From Gammaproteobacteria bacterium (lineage in GTDB: Bacteria > Pseudomonadota > Gammaproteobacteria > JAHELT01): 33,034 nucleotides of DNA. This document shows positions 1 through 8,534 of this stretch, piece by piece. Position 1 is the stretch's first letter; every line of letters starts with the position of its first letter. The notes beneath the pieces were generated by a model, which had not been told where the DNA came from, searched no databases, and saw only the letters and a program-made list of their open reading frames with translations. The DNA lies in contig JBFJWO010000003.1 of the NCBI GenBank assembly GCA_041623575.1, positions 1-33,034 on the forward strand. Direction: 5' to 3'. The position numbers and the translations under genes are program-made.

Positions 1-349
1 CGCGGTCGTAGACCGAGCCGCGCGCCGCGACCAGCGCGATCGCATCGTCCGGCTCGAGCGCACCGATGCTCGCCAGGTGCGTGTACTCGCCGAGGCTCAG
101 GCCGGCCGATGCCAGCGGTTCGAGGCCCGCCTCGCGCGCCATCGACAGCCAGCCGAGGCTCGCCGAACAGACCGCGAGCTGCACGTCGCGGTTGGAGGCG
201 AAGCCGAGGTCGAGCGGGCGCCCGAGCTGTTTCTGGGTCGCGCCGAGCGCCGTGGCCGCAGCCTGCGGCGAGACCTCGGCCAGGCGCGCGAACATGCGCT
301 CGTCGCGCGAGCTCTGCCCCGGGAAGAGAAAGATCAGCGGGCGACTCAT
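1..349 (-). CDS. fabD: Malonyl-CoA:ACP transacylase (FabD-like acyltransferase), 5' part only; runs off the left edge
   Basis: Not in the ORF track. Manual minus-strand translation from ATG at 349: MSRPLIFLFPGQSSRD...RDVQLAV...SAGLSLGEYTHLASIGAL...IALVAARG. Contains the FPGQ and GxSxGEY (catalytic Ser) motifs and the downstream RG. The ATG overlaps the upstream stop (ATGA). Confidence 0.85.
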   Translation of the reverse strand, partial: MSRPLIFLFPGQSSRDERMFARLAEVSPQAAATALGATQKQLGRPLDLGFASNRDVQLAVCSASLGWLSMAREAGLEPLASAGLSLGEYTHLASIGALEPDDAIALVAARGSVYDR

Positions 350-876
350 GCGCCCTGCCCCGCTTTCCAGGGCCCCGCGTCGTACGGGCGGCTCGCCTCG
401 GCCGGTCGGTCGCCGCAGCCGAGGGCCTCGCCGATCGAGCCGGCGTGATCGCTGTCGAGGTCGAGCAGCGCGGCCTGCGCATCGATCCAGTCCGGTTCCT
501 CGTCGAGAAACACACGGTGGTTGTCGAGCAGGTAACGTTCGTTCCGGTGCTGTACGCCGACCAGCACCGCCACGGCGTGTAGCCAGGCCTGCAACGCGCT
601 CGACAGCGACAGGCGTGCCGAGAAAGGCGCACTGCGGAAGAGCTTTCGGCAGAGCGCACAGACCGCCTCGGGCAGTCGCGGCCCGATGCCCGCGAGCCGC
701 GCAGGGGCGTCGTAATCGCTGAGGCCGCCGCCGATCTCGGCGTAGACGCCCGGGTCGTCGATGAAGCGCCACTGCGTGATCGCCGAGCGCCCGGCGAGCG
801 GCGCTTCGTAGCAGGTGTCGAGGTCGTCGCCGAGCGGCGCGTTCACGCTCATCCCGGTTGGTGCGACTCGGCGCAT
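346..876 (-). pseudogene. Truncated, internally deleted beta-ketoacyl-ACP synthase (FabF/KS-like) remnant, 176 aa
   Basis: ATG at 876 with a strong RBS (AAGGGGGA). MRRVAPTGMSVNAPLGDD...LAGRSAI matches a KS N-terminus. The sequence then jumps from ...GSIGEALGC to DRPAEASRPYD (KS 'SRPFD' motif) and stops. The catalytic-Cys (ACAS) segment and the C-terminal His-containing half are absent. Confidence 0.65.
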
Positions 877-1192
877 GGCGTCCCCCTTTTGTTCTTCGCG
901 TGTCGCGGTGCGACGGGCAGCGCGCGCCGCGACCGGCGCTCCGTCCCGGGGTGAAGCAAGTTCAGGGCCACCGCAACGAAGACCGGCCCGGGTACGCCGT
1001 TGGGCGAGCAGCCAGGAGGGTGGGCGCGGGGCTTGCGTCGCGGGGCACGCGCGGCTAATGTCCGGCGGCTGATGCCGTCGCGACGACGGCAGCTGAATCG
1101 TCAACGGACGACGGGATGCGATCGCAGCGATCGCAATCAGTGTGACCAACCGGCCGGCGGGCGCCGGCCACCGCGCGCAAGGAGACTCCGCC

Positions 1193-1852
1193 ATGACACT
1201 GCAACTGGGCGACGACGCACCGGACTTCACCGCCGAGACCACCCACGGCACGATCAGCTTCCACGAGTGGATCGGTGACGGCTGGGCGGTGCTGTTCTCC
1301 CACCCCAAGGACTTCACGCCGGTGTGCACCACCGAACTCGGGTACCTGGCGGGCCTCGAGCCCGAGTTCGCCAGGCGCAACTGCAAGATCATCGGGCTGA
1401 GCATCGACTCGGTCGAGGACCACGGGCGCTGGCTCGACGACATCCGCGAGACCCAGGGCCACGCCGTCAACTACCCCCTGATCGGCGACAGCGACCTGAA
1501 GGTCGCCAAGCTCTACGGCATGATCCATCCCAAGGCCAGCGGCGATGCGGGCGAGCGTAGCGCTGCCGACAACGCCACGGCACGCTCGGTGTTCATCATC
1601 GGCCCGGACAAGAAGATCAAGCTGATGATCACCTACCCGATGAGCACCGGGCGCGATTTCGACGAGGTGTTGCGGGTGCTCGATTCCTGCCAGCTGACCG
1701 CCAGGCACAAGGTGGCGACGCCGGTGAACTGGCGCCAGGGCGACGACGTGATCATCGTGCCGGCGGTGTCCGACGACGACGCGCGCAAGGCGTTTCCGAG
1801 CGGCTGGGAATCGCCGCGCCCTTACATCCGGATCGTCCCGCAACCGCGCTGA
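1193..1852 (+). CDS. 1-Cys peroxiredoxin (Prx6 family)
   Basis: Motifs FSHPKDFTPVCTTE, ARSVFIIGPDKKIKL, YPMSTGRDFDEVLR and VATPVNW. GGAG RBS precedes ATG 1193; the ORF-track start at 1142 is probably too long. Confidence 0.95.
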   Translation: MTLQLGDDAPDFTAETTHGTISFHEWIGDGWAVLFSHPKDFTPVCTTELGYLAGLEPEFARRNCKIIGLSIDSVEDHGRWLDDIRETQGHAVNYPLIGDSDLKVAKLYGMIHPKASGDAGERSAADNATARSVFIIGPDKKIKLMITYPMSTGRDFDEVLRVLDSCQLTARHKVATPVNWRQGDDVIIVPAVSDDDARKAFPSGWESPRPYIRIVPQPR

Positions 1853-2053
1853 TCCGCACATCCGCCGCCGTTCGCGCCGGTGGGCCCGGCCGGCGCGCGA
1901 CGCGCAGGGGCAGGTACGTCGCGCGGCCACTTGCCGCGCCGGGGCTGATAAACTGCGCGTCCGGCAAGATCCCGGCGGCACCCCGCAGCAGCGGGCGAGC
2001 CGCCACACTCGAGGGCTGCATCTTCTCGTGAACGCTACCCGGGCGAGCGCTCG

Positions 2054-4114
2054 ATGACGGTGGCCGTCGAACTGTCGAGCCTCGCGCTCGCCCTGCTCTG
2101 CGGGCTCCTTGCCTTCGCTCATCGGCGCACCTTTCACGGCCGACCCTTCGCGCGCTCGGTACCCGCGGCGCTGGTCGCCGGGATGGCGCTGGCCGCGCCC
2201 GCCGTCGCAGGCCTGTCCGGGGCAGCGCAACCGCCGGCGTGGCTGGTGCCGCTCCTGTTGCCCGTGCAGAGCGCGATCGCGGCAGCAGTCTGGGGACTGG
2301 CCCGCCCCTGCGAACCGGGGGCCGCTGAGGCTCCGCCCCACTCGCCGATAGCGGGCAGTGAGTTGCTCCGCTCGGCCTTCGAGCAACTGCCCATCGAGTT
2401 CTGGCTGTGTGACCGCGACGGGCGTTACGTCATGCAGAACGCCGAGGCACAGCGGCTGTGGGGCAACTGGATCGGCAAGCGCACGCGCGACCTGGACCTG
2501 CCGCCCGACGTGCGCCGGATCTGGGACGAGCAGGACCGTCGCGCCTTCGGCGGCGAGACGGTGGCCGAGGAAGTGAGCTACAAGCACGGGGACGAGCGCC
2601 TGCACTACCTCGAGACCATCGTGCCGCTGCGCGACGCGGACGGGGAGATCACCGGGCTGCTGGGTGTCGCACTCGACGTCACCGAGCGCAAGCTCGCGCA
2701 GCAGCGACTCGAGCAGGCCGAAGCGCGCATGCGCACCGCGATCGAGCACCTGCCGGTAGAGTTGTGGGCGAGCGACGCCGAGGGGCGGGTGGTACTGCAG
2801 AACCCGATTTCCGTGACGCTGTGGGGGCCGTTGATCGGAAAACGGGTCGAGGAAATGGAGCACCTGCCCGAGCGCATTCGCGAAGCGTGGCTGGAGAACG
2901 AACGACAGGTGCTGGCCGGCGAAGTGAGGCGCCACGAAGTGCGCTACCCGGTCGGTGGCGAGATGCGCGATTTCCAACAGACCGTCGCACCGATGCGCGT
3001 GGACGGTGAAGTCGTCGGCTACGTCGGCATCAACAGCGACATCACCGACATCAAGCGCGTGCAGGACGCACACCGCGAGGCCGAGGACCGGTTTCGCGAT
3101 TTCGCCGCGATCGCCGCGGACTGGTTCTGGGAACTCGACGCGCAGTTGCGCTTCGCCTACGTCTCGGGCGGCTATGCCGGGGCCGGGCGCGCCTCGCCCG
3201 ACCTCATCGGCCGCCGTTACCAGGACGTGTACGCCGAACGCGCGGCCGCGGACCCGGCATGGCGCGCGCACCTGACCGACCTCGAGGAACACCTCACGTA
3301 CGTGTTCGAGTACACCTCCGAGGCGGCCGACGGCGGCCTGCGTCACACGCGCAGCGTCGGGCGCGCGTTATTTGACGCGGCCGGGACGTTCCTCGGCTAC
3401 CGGGGCGCCGGCCACGACGTCACGCAGCGACGGCGTTACGAGCAGGCGCAGCAACGGCTGCTCGACGAGAACCGGCGCCTGGCGCAGACCCTGATCAACA
3501 GCCAGGAAGCCGAACGCCGGCGTCTCGCCCGTGAGTTGCACGACGAACTCGGCCAGGCGCTCACCGCGATCCAGGTCGACGCGGAGAGCATCAACCTGCT
3601 CGCCGACGACCGACCCGGTATCCGCGCCAGCGCGCTCGCCATCCGCGATGCTTCCTCGCAGGTCTACGAAGTGGTGCACTCGATGATGGGGCGGCTGCGC
3701 CCACCGGCGCTCGACGACCTCGGGTTGAACGACGCGCTGCTGGGACTGGTCAACGAATGGCGTGCGCGCCACGCCGGCATCGGCGTCACTTTCACGCTGG
3801 ACGAAGGCCTGCAAGGGCTCGCCGACGACATCGCGCTGGCGGTCTATCGCATCGTGCAGGAGTGCCTGACAAACATCAGCAAGCACGCCGGTGCCACCGA
3901 GGTCACGGTCGAGGTCAGGCGCGACGACGAGGGGCGCGAGTTGCGCGTAAGGGTAAGCGACGACGGGCGCGGCATCCGACTGGGGAGCGGACCCGGCGGG
4001 CTCGGGCTGATCGGCATGCGCGAGCGCGTGCAGGCGCTGCGCGGGGAACTCGACATCGACACCGTCGAGCCCCGCGGCACGCTCATCGAGGCGCGGCTGC
4101 CGTTGCGCGGCTGA
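2054..4114 (+). CDS. Membrane-anchored PAS-domain sensor histidine kinase (HisKA_3, NarX/UhpB class)
   Basis: Hydrophobic N-terminus; three PAS/PAC-like repeats ending DVTE, DITD and DVTQ; H-box ERRRLARELHDELGQALT; N-box QECLTNISKHA; G-boxes DDGRG and GLGLIGMRERV. Confidence 0.93.
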   Translation: MTVAVELSSLALALLCGLLAFAHRRTFHGRPFARSVPAALVAGMALAAPAVAGLSGAAQPPAWLVPLLLPVQSAIAAAVWGLARPCEPGAAEAPPHSPIAGSELLRSAFEQLPIEFWLCDRDGRYVMQNAEAQRLWGNWIGKRTRDLDLPPDVRRIWDEQDRRAFGGETVAEEVSYKHGDERLHYLETIVPLRDADGEITGLLGVALDVTERKLAQQRLEQAEARMRTAIEHLPVELWASDAEGRVVLQNPISVTLWGPLIGKRVEEMEHLPERIREAWLENERQVLAGEVRRHEVRYPVGGEMRDFQQTVAPMRVDGEVVGYVGINSDITDIKRVQDAHREAEDRFRDFAAIAADWFWELDAQLRFAYVSGGYAGAGRASPDLIGRRYQDVYAERAAADPAWRAHLTDLEEHLTYVFEYTSEAADGGLRHTRSVGRALFDAAGTFLGYRGAGHDVTQRRRYEQAQQRLLDENRRLAQTLINSQEAERRRLARELHDELGQALTAIQVDAESINLLADDRPGIRASALAIRDASSQVYEVVHSMMGRLRPPALDDLGLNDALLGLVNEWRARHAGIGVTFTLDEGLQGLADDIALAVYRIVQECLTNISKHAGATEVTVEVRRDDEGRELRVRVSDDGRGIRLGSGPGGLGLIGMRERVQALRGELDIDTVEPRGTLIEARLPLRG

Positions 4115-4181
4115 ACCGCCGCCGCGCTTGACTGGCTCACCATTGCCACTCAGGATACGGCGAGCCAACCCCCGAGGCGGC

Positions 4182-4832
4182 ATGGAAGCAAACCCGACAG
4201 TTCGCGTCATCCTCGTCGACGATCACCAGGTGGTCCGCGAAGGCTACCGGCGGCTGTTCGAGAACACCTCCGACATCGCCGTCATCGCCGAAGCCGACAG
4301 CGGCGAGGCGGCCGTCGAGCGCTACCTCGAGTTGCGCCCCGACGTGCTGGTGATGGACCTGTCCATGCCGGGGATAGGCGGCCTCGAAGCCTGTCGTCAG
4401 ATCATCGCCCGCGACGCTCGCGCGCAGATTCTCATCTTTTCCATGTTCGAGAACGCGCAGCACTTCGAGCGGGCGCTCAACACCGGCGTCAAGGGCTACA
4501 TCTCCAAACACAGCGCTTCACAGGAGATGCTCGACGCGGTGCGCGCGGTTGCCGCCGGGCGCACCTACATCGGCCAGGAACTCACCCAGGCACTGCTGGC
4601 ACGCAGCACCCGCGCGGGCAAGCAGGGCATGCAGTTGCTCTCGCCGCGCGAATACGAGGTCTTCCGCCAGCTGGCCGAAGGTCACACGGTCAACGAGGTC
4701 GCGAGCATGTTGTCGCTGAGCCCCAAGACCGTGGGTCACCACTACGCCAACATCCGCAAGAAACTCGCCATCAACACCCCCACCGAACTGGTGCGCCTGG
4801 CCATCGAGAACGGCGTCATACCGCTGCGCTGA
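4182..4832 (+). CDS. NarL/FixJ (LuxR-HTH) family response regulator 1
   Basis: REC domain (VDDH, MDLSMPG, GYISK) plus LuxR HTH (LSPREYEVFRQLAEG...LSLSPKTV). GAGG RBS precedes ATG 4182. Confidence 0.95.
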   Translation: MEANPTVRVILVDDHQVVREGYRRLFENTSDIAVIAEADSGEAAVERYLELRPDVLVMDLSMPGIGGLEACRQIIARDARAQILIFSMFENAQHFERALNTGVKGYISKHSASQEMLDAVRAVAAGRTYIGQELTQALLARSTRAGKQGMQLLSPREYEVFRQLAEGHTVNEVASMLSLSPKTVGHHYANIRKKLAINTPTELVRLAIENGVIPLR

Positions 4833-4845
4833 GGGCGCCGGGTTT

Positions 4846-4889
4846 GAGGATAATCCCTATAACCCGTCGTCGGGGCGCTCACCTATGAT
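4846..4889 (+). promoter_or_regulatory. Putative promoter of response regulator 2: dyad GGAT-A-ATCC box plus -10 TATGAT, probably giving a leaderless transcript
   Basis: GAGGATAATCCCTA at 4846-4859 (core palindrome GGAT-A-ATCC). TATGAT at 4884-4889 is separated by 7 nt from ATG 4897. No Shine-Dalgarno sequence. Confidence 0.4.
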
Positions 4890-4896
4890 GCGCGGC

Positions 4897-5547
4897 ATGA
4901 CATTAAATAATAATGAAAAACTCGGTGTCTTGATCGTCGATGATCACGAAGTCGTCCGGGCGGGCTACCGGCGATTGTTCGAAGCCGGCGGCGACCTCGA
5001 AGTGGCGGCCGAAGCGGCCAGCGGCGAAGAGGCCGTAGAACTCTACAAGCGCGTGCAGCCCCGGGCGGTGGTCATGGACATCGCCATGCCCGGTATCGGT
5101 GGCCTGCAGGCCTGCCGGCACATGCTGGCCTTCGACGAAAACGCCCGGATCCTGGTCGTCAGCGTGCACGAGAGCGCCGAGTACGTGAACCGCGCGCTGG
5201 ACGCGGGCGTGCTCGGCTATATCTCCAAGCGCAGCGCCGCGCGCAACATCGTCAACGCCATCAAGCAGGTCGCCGAAGGGCGCATGTTCATCGGCGAGGA
5301 ACTGCGCGAGGCGGTCGCCAACGTCGACACCGACGAGCAGGAGCGCCTGACGCGCCTCAGCGCCCGCGAATTCGACGTGCTGCGCTACGTGGCGGAGGGG
5401 CATTCGGTCAACGAGACGGCCGAGTTGCTCAAGCTGAGCCCCAAGACCACCGGCCACCACTACACCAGCCTGCGCAAGAAACTCGGCGTCACCAACCTCG
5501 CGCAACTCATTCGACTGGCGATCCGCAACGGCATCGTCAGCATGTAG
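4897..5547 (+). CDS. NarL/FixJ (LuxR-HTH) family response regulator 2, paralog of regulator 1
   Basis: IVDDHEVVRAGYRRLFE, MDIAMPG, GYISK and LSAREFDVLRYVAEG...SPKTTGHHY. The start could be 4885, 4888 or 4897. Confidence 0.95.
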   Translation: MTLNNNEKLGVLIVDDHEVVRAGYRRLFEAGGDLEVAAEAASGEEAVELYKRVQPRAVVMDIAMPGIGGLQACRHMLAFDENARILVVSVHESAEYVNRALDAGVLGYISKRSAARNIVNAIKQVAEGRMFIGEELREAVANVDTDEQERLTRLSAREFDVLRYVAEGHSVNETAELLKLSPKTTGHHYTSLRKKLGVTNLAQLIRLAIRNGIVSM

Positions 5548-5566
5548 CCTGCCCCGCGCGCGCTGG

Positions 5567-7126
5567 TCACTGGCCCGTCGGCCCGAGCGTGAAGTAGAAC
5601 GTCGCGCCCGTACCGGGCGCGCCGCTGGCCCACACCCGCCCCGCGTGACGCTGTACGATCCGCGCCACGGTGGCCAGGCCGATGCCGGTGCCGGGAAAGT
5701 CGTTGTGCAAGCGTTCGAAGGCAAGGAACAGCTTGTCGGCGTAGGCCATTTCGAAGCCCACGCCGTTGTCGCGCACGTAGAAGACCGTCTCGTCGTCACG
5801 GCGTTCGGTCCCCACCTCGATGCGCGCCTCGGCCTCGTTGCGGGTGAACTTCCACGCGTTGTCGAGCAGGTTACCGATCACCACGCGCAGCAGCCCCGGG
5901 TCGGCATCGGCACTCAGCCCGGCGCGGATGGCGAATGTCACGCGCCGCGACGCGTCGGCTGCCGACAGTTCGTCGGCGATGGCGGTGGCGATCGCGCTGA
6001 GGTCGTTCGGTACGCGTTCGAGTTCGCCGTTGGCGCACCGCGACAGTTGCAGCACGTCCTCGATGGTGCGGTCCATGCGCGCGCTCGCCCGACAGATGCG
6101 CTCGATGTGCTCGCGCTGGCCGGGGCCGAGGTCGGGGCCGAGATCCTCCCTGAGGATATTGCAGAACCCGCTCACGGCGCGCAGCGGCGAGCGCAGGTCG
6201 TGCGCCACCGAGTAGCCGAAACTCTGCAGCTCGCGATTGGCCTCGCGCAGGCTTTCGACCTCGGTCACGTCGACAAGGGCAAGCTGGGTCGCCGCGCCGC
6301 CGCGCCAGCGCACGGTGCTTTGCTGCGAACGCGCCGCGACCGAGCGCCCGTCGGCGCGCACCAGGCGCACCAGGCCGCCCTCCTTGCCGCCGCGCGTTTC
6401 CAGCACGCGCTCGAGCGCCAGACCGTGCATCGCCAACGCCGAGTCGTAACCGCACATCGCGGCCAGCGCAGCGTTGGCGAACACGATCTCACCGTCACGG
6501 TGCACCAGCACACCCTGCAGCGAACCCCCCAGCACTTCGCGCAGCCTCTGCTCGCCGTCGCTCAGGGCGAACGACGCCACCAGGGCGTCACGTGCGAACA
6601 GCGCTGCGCACGGCAGTGCCACGAGACAGACGAGCATCATGGCGCCGAGGGCGACGGAGGTCTCCGCGCCAGGTGCCGGCAACGCGAGCAGGAAACAGAG
6701 GGTCGCGGGCAGCAACAAAGGAATGGCGAACGCCAGGTAGGCCGCCAGCACCGCGCAGAGCAGCGGGACGGCGACGGCGGCCATGATCACCAGGGCGGCG
6801 GCGACGTAGCCCGGGTGCAGGAGAGTGGCGTGCAACGCCAGGTGGGCGCCCATCAGCCCCCAGGCAGTCCCGTTCACCGCGCTGCCGAGTACGAACAGGC
6901 GCCGCCAGCGCGGCAAGCTGTCGAGCGGCGCGTGCACCCGTCGGAACCGCGCGGCGAGGCGGTAGCGCAGGACCGCGATCACCAGCATGGCCAGCATCCA
7001 GCCAACCGCGAGGCCTGCTGCGCCGCCGTGCCACACGAGCGCGCTGGTCAGCACCGACATCGACAACGACAACAGCAATGTGGTGTTGGCGTTGCGGAAC
7101 AAGGCCCGGGTCTGGCGGCCGTCCAC
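5567..7126 (-). CDS. Multi-TM sensor histidine kinase with a short PAS-like domain (HisKA/HATPase, Cph1-like kinase core)
   Basis: Several TM helices; H-box ELQSFGYSVAHDLRSPLR; N-box NLLDNAWKF; G-boxes DNGVGF and GTGIGLA. Start is uncertain: GTG 7126 chosen, but the ORF is open to 7312. Confidence 0.88.
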   Translation of the reverse strand: MDGRQTRALFRNANTTLLLSLSMSVLTSALVWHGGAAGLAVGWMLAMLVIAVLRYRLAARFRRVHAPLDSLPRWRRLFVLGSAVNGTAWGLMGAHLALHATLLHPGYVAAALVIMAAVAVPLLCAVLAAYLAFAIPLLLPATLCFLLALPAPGAETSVALGAMMLVCLVALPCAALFARDALVASFALSDGEQRLREVLGGSLQGVLVHRDGEIVFANAALAAMCGYDSALAMHGLALERVLETRGGKEGGLVRLVRADGRSVAARSQQSTVRWRGGAATQLALVDVTEVESLREANRELQSFGYSVAHDLRSPLRAVSGFCNILREDLGPDLGPGQREHIERICRASARMDRTIEDVLQLSRCANGELERVPNDLSAIATAIADELSAADASRRVTFAIRAGLSADADPGLLRVVIGNLLDNAWKFTRNEAEARIEVGTERRDDETVFYVRDNGVGFEMAYADKLFLAFERLHNDFPGTGIGLATVARIVQRHAGRVWASGAPGTGATFYFTLGPTGQ

Positions 7127-7495
7127 GGTGCCGGGCGACGTCGGCGCAACGTCGTGCGGGCCGCCGCGGCGGCGGTCGCCACGCCGGCGTTCCGCCCACA
7201 GCCGCGACGGGCGGGCGCGGCGCGTTGCGCCGGCCAGGTTGATGAATTGACCGTAGTTCACAGGCTGAGCCAAGAAACCCCTCAGCGGCAGCGCGCGGCA
7301 TCGCCGGCGCACGCCCGTCTCGAAACGGTCTCAAGCTTAGGTGCACGGCGCCCCGCGGCGATACGCCTCAAACGTGCCGTTTTGTGAATTTTTGCCGGGC
7401 GGGTGCCACACCGGCAGTGCGCGCCGATCGCACGAGAGCGGCGAGTTCAGGGGGTGGCGCACCTTCCGGGTCCCGGCGGGGCGCCCGGCGGCAGG

Positions 7496-7783
7496 CTATT
7501 CGTGGGTGATGGGTTTGTCGGTGAACAGGTACTCGCGCAACTCCTTGTCGAGCACCGGGTCGCGGCGACGGATCCACTCCAGCACCATCGCCGCGTGTTC
7601 TTTTTCCTCGTCCCGGTTGTGCGCGAGGATCGCCTTGAGTTCGGCGTCGCGGCAGGCGTCGACGCGTTGGTTGTACCAGTCCACCGCCTCGAGCTCTTCC
7701 ATCAACGAGGTGACGGCGCGATGCATGTCGCGGGTCGCGTCGCTGAGCTCCTCGGTCGGCTCGTGATAGCCTTCGTTTGCCAT
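7496..7783 (-). CDS. Encapsulin-associated ferritin-like protein (EncFtn family), 95 aa
   Basis: MANEGYHEP...DMHRAVTSLMEELEAVDWYNQR...HNRDEEKEHAAMVLEWIRR carries the EncFtn ferroxidase-centre residues (EELEA, EEKEH). GGAG RBS precedes ATG 7783. Confidence 0.92.
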   Translation of the reverse strand: MANEGYHEPTEELSDATRDMHRAVTSLMEELEAVDWYNQRVDACRDAELKAILAHNRDEEKEHAAMVLEWIRRRDPVLDKELREYLFTDKPITHE

Positions 7784-7834
7784 GTCCGTGTTCTCCGTTG
7801 CAGTCACCGCCCTCGCGCGGCGAGGTCGGCGCGC

Positions 7835-7843
7835 ATGATACCA
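7835..7843 (-). promoter_or_regulatory. Possible extended -10 promoter element (TGGTATCAT) for the ferritin gene
   Basis: Reverse complement reads TG-G-TATCAT, about 50 nt upstream of ATG 7783. Confidence 0.3.
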
Positions 7844-7997
7844 CCGGTGCACCGCGCGTTCGCACGCTTGACCGGGTCCGCCGGAATACCGATAGTCGAC
7901 CCTGTCCCCTGCAACCCCGACCGGCCGCCCGGCCCGAGGCAACCCTCATGATGGCTATCGCCCGACGGCACCTGCGTGGGCTCGAGAGCGGGCGGGC

Positions 7998-8534
7998 ATG
8001 AGCGATCCCGCAGCGCGGGGAAACCCGTACGCGCCGCCCCGCGCCGACGTCGCGCCTGCGCACGACGTCTCGGCGCGCGACGAGACCGGCCCGTTCTCGC
8101 CGGCGGGCCGATTCGGGCGCCTGAGCTACGTCGCCTGGAGCTGGTGCCTGATGATGGTGGCCGGCCTCGCGCTCGGCGCGGTAGGTGCGGTCGTGACCAG
8201 CCTGTTCGCGGTGAACGCGGCCGCCGTCCCGGTCCTGGCCGGCCTGTGGAACCTGGCATTGCTGGTGCCGGCGGCGATCTTCATGATCCGGCGCCTGCAC
8301 GACCTCAACCAGTCCGGCTGGTTGTGGCTGCTGGTGCTGGTGCCGCTGATCAACGTGATCCTGATCCTGGTGCTGTTGTTCGCGCCCGGAACCGCGGGCG
8401 CCAACAAGCACGGGCCGCCCCGCGAGACACCGACGTGGGAGAAGGTCGTGGCCGTCGCGGGCATCGCCCTGTGGGCGCTCGGGCTGCTGGCGGCCCTGGT
8501 GCTGCCGGTGCTGGTCGGGCTCGAGCGAACGTGA
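7998..8534 (+). CDS. DUF805 family inner-membrane protein
   Basis: N-terminal NPYAPP, GRFGRLSY, IRRLHDLNQSGW and PGTAGANKHGPP motifs. The stop overlaps the next start (GTGA). Confidence 0.88.
   Translation: MSDPAARGNPYAPPRADVAPAHDVSARDETGPFSPAGRFGRLSYVAWSWCLMMVAGLALGAVGAVVTSLFAVNAAAVPVLAGLWNLALLVPAAIFMIRRLHDLNQSGWLWLLVLVPLINVILILVLLFAPGTAGANKHGPPRETPTWEKVVAVAGIALWALGLLAALVLPVLVGLERT

Noticed and set aside
1855-2050. GC-rich inverted repeats after the peroxiredoxin (CGCGCGACG...CGTCGCGCG; CTTGCCG...CGGCAAG) as a terminator, ncRNA or REP element
   Set aside because: There is no U-tract, I saw no second copy in the window, and such stems arise readily by chance at this GC content.
1055-3346. 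763-aa minus-strand ORF, and similar long ORFs at 5645-7387 (+), 8126-10270 (-), 17725-20115 (+), 24161-26587 (-) and 24256-26469 (+)
   Set aside because: These are antisense or off-frame shadows of well-supported genes. They are Arg/Ala/Gly/Pro-rich or antisense-patterned with no motifs, as expected from stop-codon scarcity in high-GC DNA.
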